Shown here piece after piece: positions 9,511-15,313 of a stretch of 15,313 nt of DNA. Below the pieces are notes generated by a model that searched no databases, was not told the DNA's origin, and saw nothing but the letters and a program-made list of their open reading frames with translations. Source of the DNA: Octopus sinensis (lineage: Eukaryota); NCBI RefSeq assembly GCF_006345805.1, contig NW_021825499.1, forward strand, positions 1-15,313, written 5' to 3'. Positions within the stretch are counted from its first letter, which is position 1. The number at the start of each line of letters is the position of its first letter. Position numbers and translations under genes: made by a program.

Positions 9511-12402
9511 ATGCCTGACTTGCACTCCTTCGTCCAACACCTTCAATCCCTTCTTAGCCGCTATCTCGCATTCTTCCCCTCCCCAATGTTTAGCACCAGC
9601 TAAAAAACTCTCCCACTTACTTTTTAAAAAAACTCGCCACTCTAGCCATCTCTCCTTCCTCAGCCGTTGCCTCCGCCATCATGTCACACACCGTGGTTTC
9701 CTCTTGAAGCTCCACGCTACCCCCTATTCCTCCCCTTCATCAAACCCACCCTCGCTCGCACCTCCCGCCTCCTCCTCCGCGCCACCATCCGCTCCACTCG
9801 CCCTCTCCTTCACTCCCTTGACCACCAACTTCCCCAGGCCTACCTCCTTCTCTCCGCCCTCTGCCCTCCACTCTTCACCCAACCTATCCTCCGCTTCATT
9901 CTTAATCTCAACCACCAACTCCGCAATTTCCTCACACACACTAAAAACAAAAAACTCCACCACCTCCTCAACCCCTCACCCCCTTCCCCATCCTCCCCCT
10001 GCTCCCCCAACCCCCTCCTTCGCACCCACCCGCTCCACGGACCCCCCACCTTGACCTTCCTACGCCTAACCCATCTTCACCCAACCACCTCTACCCTCCC
10101 CTTCACACCCCTACCCTCCCCTTCATACCCCTACCCTCCCCTTCACACCCCCTACCCCGCTCTCCCCCTGACCCTAGTCTTCCCACCACTCCGCTTCCTC
10201 GCACTGTTGTCACTATACCCCCTAATCTCCCCCTCTCCGCTGCCGAGCGATCTCTCCTCAGTAAGGGACTCCGCTTCACGCCACTCACGCGCCACTGTGA
10301 TGAGTTCGAGACTCGGACTGACGTCAGCCTGTTCCAGCGCCGCCTCAAACTTTGCGCATTCTTCAACGCGTCCCCGCAGCGTCACAACAATCAGGATTGC
10401 CTTTTGGAGCTGGGGCGCCGTCCATCCAACTGGACGCCGCCCCCAGGCCTATTCAGTAGCCTAGATTTGTTTGTGCATGACTGCAACGCGTTGGTCCACC
10501 GGTTCAACTTTGAACAAAGACCCCTCCGAGACAACCTCACTCGGGCCGAACCGATTGCCCTTCGCCACCTCCGCCGCCGCAATGACATTGTCATCAAACC
10601 GGCGGACAAAGGCGGGGCAGTGGTGGTGTGGCGCGCGGATCTATACAGGGAGGAAGCGCTCAGCCAGCTTCAAAATCCCCTCTTCTATCGCCTCCTCCCC
10701 TCCGATCCCACCTCCTCCTACCAACAGCGAGTGTCCTCCTCCATCCGCGACCTCATCTCCTCTTCTGCTCTCCCCCCACCGCCACCAACATCATCGTCCG
10801 CACACCCCGCACCTCCACCATCTACTTCCTTCCCAAGATCCATAAACCCAATAATCCTGGCCGTCCCATAGTCTCTGCCTGTAATTGCCCCACTGAACAC
10901 ATTTCCCTATACCTCGACCGCATCCTGTCCCACTTAGCCAGCCGCCCTCCTCCACATACAACCCACACGACACCAACCACGCCCTCCGTCTCTTCATTCC
11001 TTTTCCTTCCCTTCCAGCCCCTCACACACCCTCTTCTTCACTTTAGATGTAAAATCCCTGTACACAGTGATTCCCCCCACATGACGGTCTCCTAGCCCTC
11101 CAGCACTTCCTCGACCGTCGTCCCGACCCCACCCCTAGCACCCCCACCCTTCTCCGCCTGGCTGAGCTCGTCATCACCCTCAACTGTTTCACGTTCGCCG
11201 GGGAAACGTACCAACAGGTGTCCGGGGTCGCGATGGGAACTAGAATGGGCCCCAATTTCGCTAACCTCTTTCTTGGCTACATTGAGGCCCAAGTATTCTC
11301 CCAATTCTCCGGGCCGACCCCTGAACTATACGGTCGCTATATAGACGACTGCATAGGTGCCACCTCCCTTTCCCGTGAACTTCTCTGCCAATTCATCTCT
11401 TTCCTTTCCAACTTTCACCCCTCTCTACAATTCACCTCAACCATCTCCAACACCTCTGTCAACTTCCTTGACATCTCTCTCCGAATCGACCAGCCCTCCA
11501 ACTCTCTCACCACCACCGCCTTCTTTAAACCCACGGATTCCCACCTCTATCTCAACTTCTCCTCCTCCCACCCCTTCCACACCAAACGAGCCATCCCCTA
11601 CTCCCAGTTCCTCCGCCTCCGACGTTTGTGCAGCCGCGACCAGGATTTCGAGACCCAATCTCAATACCTGGCCCGCCTGTTCAGACTCCGAGGTTACCCA
11701 GCTATACTCATCTCAAATGCCTTCGCCCGCGTCCGTCGCATCGACCGCACCACAGCCCTGTCTCCTTCCTCTCACCCACTCCCCAACCGCACCCCTTCCC
11801 CCTCTTTCCCCCCCTCTACTCTACCCCTTCGTCGGAAGATACTACGTGCCTTCCGTCGCCTCCAGCTCGATCCCACAACCCGCCCCATTTTCCCCAACCC
11901 ACCCCTGGCCTCCTTCAAACGAGCCCGGAATCTACGCGTCCTCCTGGTCCACAGCACCCTCTCTCCTTCCCCCTCAGCCCCACACGGATCTTTCCCGTGC
12001 TCTAGATCCCGCTGCAACACCTGCCCCTTCCACCAACACACACACTGCTGTCACCGCGGCTCAAACCGGCGAACTGTACGTATTAGACACTCTTTTACGT
12101 GCACCTCGTCTGGCCTCATATACTGCATTAAATGCAACCTATGCAGGATGCTGTATGTAGGACAGACGGGACGCCGGTTGTCTGACCGATTCACAGAACA
12201 TTTGAGGGAAGTTCGCCTACACTCTTTTTCTCCCGTCGCACGCCACTTCCGCTCGGCCAGCCATTCCCTAGATGACATCTCAGTGTTTGGTCTCGCCCCA
12301 CACAATGGTCGTCCACTATCTAGGCTCCACTTGGAGCAATGCTACATCTTCACCCTACAAATCACTACCCCACACGGACTTAACACAGCCCCCTCCTCTT
12401 AG
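9511..12402 (+). CDS. PLE polyprotein (N-terminal domain, reverse transcriptase, Cys linker, GIY-YIG endonuclease), about 7 frameshifts as assembled
   Basis: SHLSFLSRCL; LLSKGLRFTP; IKPADKGGAVVV; YFLPKIHKPNNPGRPIVS; LDVKSLYTVIP; GVAMGTRMGPNFANLF; RYIDD; VNFLD; FKPTDSHLYL..SSHP; RGYP; PCSRSRCNTC; LIYCIKCNLCRMLYVGQTGRRLSDRFTEH; HF; LEQ..GLN. Stop TAG at 12400-12402. The start ATG at 9511 is inferred. Confidence 0.92.
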
Positions 12403-12429
12403 GTTTTTTTTCTTCCGAAAAAACACCCC

Positions 12430-13470
12430 CCACATACCTACCTACCTCCCACACACCTACCTCCAACTCACCACACACATACAACCTATTCACTCACTTG
12501 TACGCACACATACTTCCACACCTTACATACCAACGCGCAAACACACACGCCCGTTCAACACACACACACACACACACATACGCATACACATCTACGTTCA
12601 TACATTCACACATTTAATCACACATACTTATATACATACATACACTAACAAACAAACATGCACATACATACACACATACATACATACACACATACACACA
12701 CATACACACTTACACACACACATACACACATACATACATACATACATACACACATACATACGCACATACATACACACATACACACACACATACTTTACAC
12801 ACCTATACTTACATACACACACACACACATGCACACATACACGTATGCACACACACATACATACATACATACCTACACATGCACACCTTTATACGAATGC
12901 ACACACACATTCATATATTTGCCTCCTGGCGCACCCCCTCCTTTCTGGTTTATGGTTGATGGATCTTCGGTTCTCGTGGTGTGGGCGTTCGGGGGTCCGC
13001 GCGCGCGCGTGCCTTGGCACGGGCCTGGGGTGTGGTCGGCCCTATATGCGTGCGTTGTATTGTTTGTGTGTTGTGTGTGTGAGCGTGCTTCGTGCGTGTG
13101 AGCGTGCTTCGTGTGTGTGCGTGCGTATGTATACATACACACACACATGCATGCATCCCTGTGCGCACACCTACATACCCACATGCATACACGCACACAC
13201 AGTTACACACATACACACACACATACACACACACACACACATACCCTTACACACACACATACACACACATACATACATACACACACATACATACTTAAGA
13301 CATACATACACACAGACATACACCCATACACTCATACTCTCACACACACACACATATACACGCACACGCACACATACACACACACACACACACCTACACT
13401 CCCACATACATACATACGCACCTACACGCATATGCATACATACACGCACACACGCATACATACATACATT
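12430..13470. repeat. Degenerate CA/CATA low-complexity tract forming the PLE 3' region
   Basis: Direct reading; GT-rich block of opposite polarity at ~12915-13130. Confidence 0.85.
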
Positions 13471-13498
13471 ACACTGTTTTCTTGTTTGGATTAACCTT

Positions 13499-13530
13499 AT
13501 ATATATATATATAATATATATATATATATA
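13499..13530. repeat. (TA)n tract at the PLE 3' end
   Basis: Direct reading. Confidence 0.9.
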
Positions 13531-13541
13531 AATATAACATA

Positions 13542-14772
13542 CAGGGGTTGGACAAAATAATCGATACACCTTTAAATTTCAAGCATATTTATTTTAATAA
13601 TGGGCAGACCACCTTTGCCAGTAATTACAGCTTGAATTCTAGAAGGTATGGACTCGTACAACACTTTGAATTGTTTCCAAAGGATTTTTGTCCATTCTTC
13701 GGGTTAACAGTCTCTAGCTCTGTAATGGTGATGGTGGAGGACATAGACTCCTTACATGCTTTTCTAAAATACACTATAAATGTTCAATAATATTGAAATC
13801 TGGGAACTGTGGTGACCAGAAAAGATGTTCAACTTCACTAGAATGTAACAACATTAGCTGTGTGAATTGGTCCATTTTAATCCTGAAAGACTGCGTTCCC
13901 CTCCTTCCGCAACCATAGGATGAATTTGATCAGATAAAATGCTTAGTCTTGACTATTAATTCTGCCACGAAGGGGAACCATTGGATCGGCGGATTTCCAA
14001 GATATAGCCCCTCCAGATCATCACGGATCCTCGTCCATGTTTAACAGTTGGAAGAAGGCAGTCTGGGCCAAATGCTTTTTTTGGCTGTCTCCACACGTAT
14101 ACTAGACCGATGGTTAGAAATAAGATAAAGGATGACTGTCCGAGAAAATAGCATTCTTCCACTGCTCTAGGGACCAATCGGTAGGTTTTTACACCACTCT
14201 AAACGCATTGCAACGTTTGTTTTTGAAAGTTGTGGTTTTCTGATTGCAGCCCTCCTGTGACGTCCGGTTCTGTACAGCTCCTGGCGAACAGTTTATGTGG
14301 AAACTGGGTTCTCGAGGTCGTCATTAAGCTCTATAGTAATTTGAGAGCTGTTCTTTTCTGATCCTTTCTAACAATTAACGTAAGAGTCCGATGGTCCCTA
14401 TCTCAAAGCTTTGGTTTTCTTCCGGAGTTTTGTTTCAACGAGGAGGTTTCTTCTTCTTTCTCAAAGGCTGTCATTACTTTCAAGACAGTATTCTTGATAC
14501 ACCAAACATTTCGGCTGTTTTTCTGTTACGTTAGAGCCTGTCATACGAGCACCAATAATTTGACCTCATTGAAAGTTCGATAGATCTGATATTTTAATGA
14601 ATTTTAACGTAATTACCTTTTTCTGATGATACCTGAAAAGAAACAGCAATTTTAGCAAAACATAATAAATAAAGGAAAACATAAAAATAAACAAGGTTTT
14701 GACGATTTTATAGACATTTCAAAATTATGATGCTATGATGCCAGGTGTTTCCATTATTTTGTCCAGCTTCTG
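13542..14772 (-). mobile_element. Tc1-family DNA transposon, full length, decayed
   Basis: 30-bp TIRs: cAGGGGTTGGACAAAATAATCGATACACCT (13542-13571) and the reverse complement of 14743-14772 (CAGAAGCTGGACAAAATAATGGAAACACCT). TA on the left; the right flank reads CA (likely mutated TA). Confidence 0.9.
13594..14592 (-). pseudogene. Tc1 transposase pseudogene
   Basis: (I)SDLSNFQ*GQIIGARM, SGRKPKL, RAAIRKP, QWKNAIFSD, PTVKHGRGSVMIW, FQD*NGPIHTA, WSPQFPDFNIIEHL, IPSRIQAVITGKGG; many stops and frameshifts. Confidence 0.9.
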
Positions 14773-14805
14773 CATATATACACATATATATAATATATAC
14801 CCAAC

Positions 14806-15313
14806 TCTCTTCTCTTGCCCCAACTCCTACTTCTCTTCACTCCTATTTCTCTTCACTGCTACTTCTCTTCACCCCTACTCTCTTTCCCTCCTCTCTCTTA
14901 CTCTCTTTCTCTCTTCTCTCGTACTCTCTTTCTTTCTTTCTCTCCCCACCTTCCCTTTTCCCTCTTACTCTCTTCTCTCTTCTCTCCTCCTCTCTCTCCT
15001 CTCATACCCACCTTCCCCTCCCCCATAAACCCTCCCACCCCTAAACGTACCTACTCCACCTTCCCTATCCTTCCCATCCCCCTATCACCCCACATACCCC
15101 ACCTCTACCCCCACCCTCTGCCTACCCACAAGCCCCAACTCTCACCCCAACCTCCAGCCAACCCCACACCTCACCCGTGCTTTTCCCACTCTCGTCTCCC
15201 CCACCTCCCAACAACATCACACCACACCACACTACACCATACAACATTACACATCACATCACAACACACCACCCACACACCCATCCCCACATCTTCACAC
15301 CTACACATACATA
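14806..15313. repeat. CT-rich grading into C/A-rich low-complexity sequence
   Basis: Direct reading; no clean period, possibly noisy consensus. Confidence 0.75.

Larger units (their letters stand above)
8480..13501 (+). mobile_element. Penelope-like retroelement, Neptune-type layout, with upstream terminal repeat (pLTR)
   Basis: RT + C-terminal GIY-YIG ORF, HHR motif upstream of the ORF, and a 28-bp terminal sequence repeated at 9174-9201 and 13474-13501. The left boundary is approximate. Confidence 0.9.

Noticed and set aside
9724-12305. Multiple minus-strand and alternative-frame ORFs over the PLE
   Set aside because: Expected shadow ORFs of C-rich, stop-poor sequence; no recognisable motifs
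9511-12402. Naiad/Chlamys-type PLE or selenoprotein recoding
   Set aside because: The endonuclease is C-terminal and no in-frame TGA was seen in the homologous frames
14623-14645. CTGATGA...GAAA hammerhead-like words
   Set aside because: No stem II or stem III; lies in the Tc1 leader

Overview
Repeat-saturated, microsatellite-rich eukaryotic non-genic DNA. It is probably cephalopod (Octopus-like); that is my inference from the SINE families and simple-repeat density, not something shown directly. No host gene is supported. The centrepiece is a near full-length Penelope-like retroelement (PLE, ~8480-13501, +). It has RT plus C-terminal GIY-YIG endonuclease with a Cys-rich linker (Neptune-type layout), a minimal hammerhead ribozyme (HHR) motif in its upstream terminal repeat, and a 3' end abutting (TA)n. 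A second ~280-bp fold-back element (6278-6555) sits between two (TA)n tracts. It has a 78-bp inverted repeat and an HHR-like fold whose core appears to carry a swapped G3:C8 pair, the most unusual signal here. Also present: a decayed Tc1 element with both TIRs, a mariner remnant, two R4/NeSL-type non-LTR fragments, Helitron pieces, a probable LINE ORF1 remnant, several tRNA-derived SINEs, and long (TA)n arrays, one with mirror-symmetric interruptions. Most ORFs in the supplied track are microsatellite or antisense artefacts.
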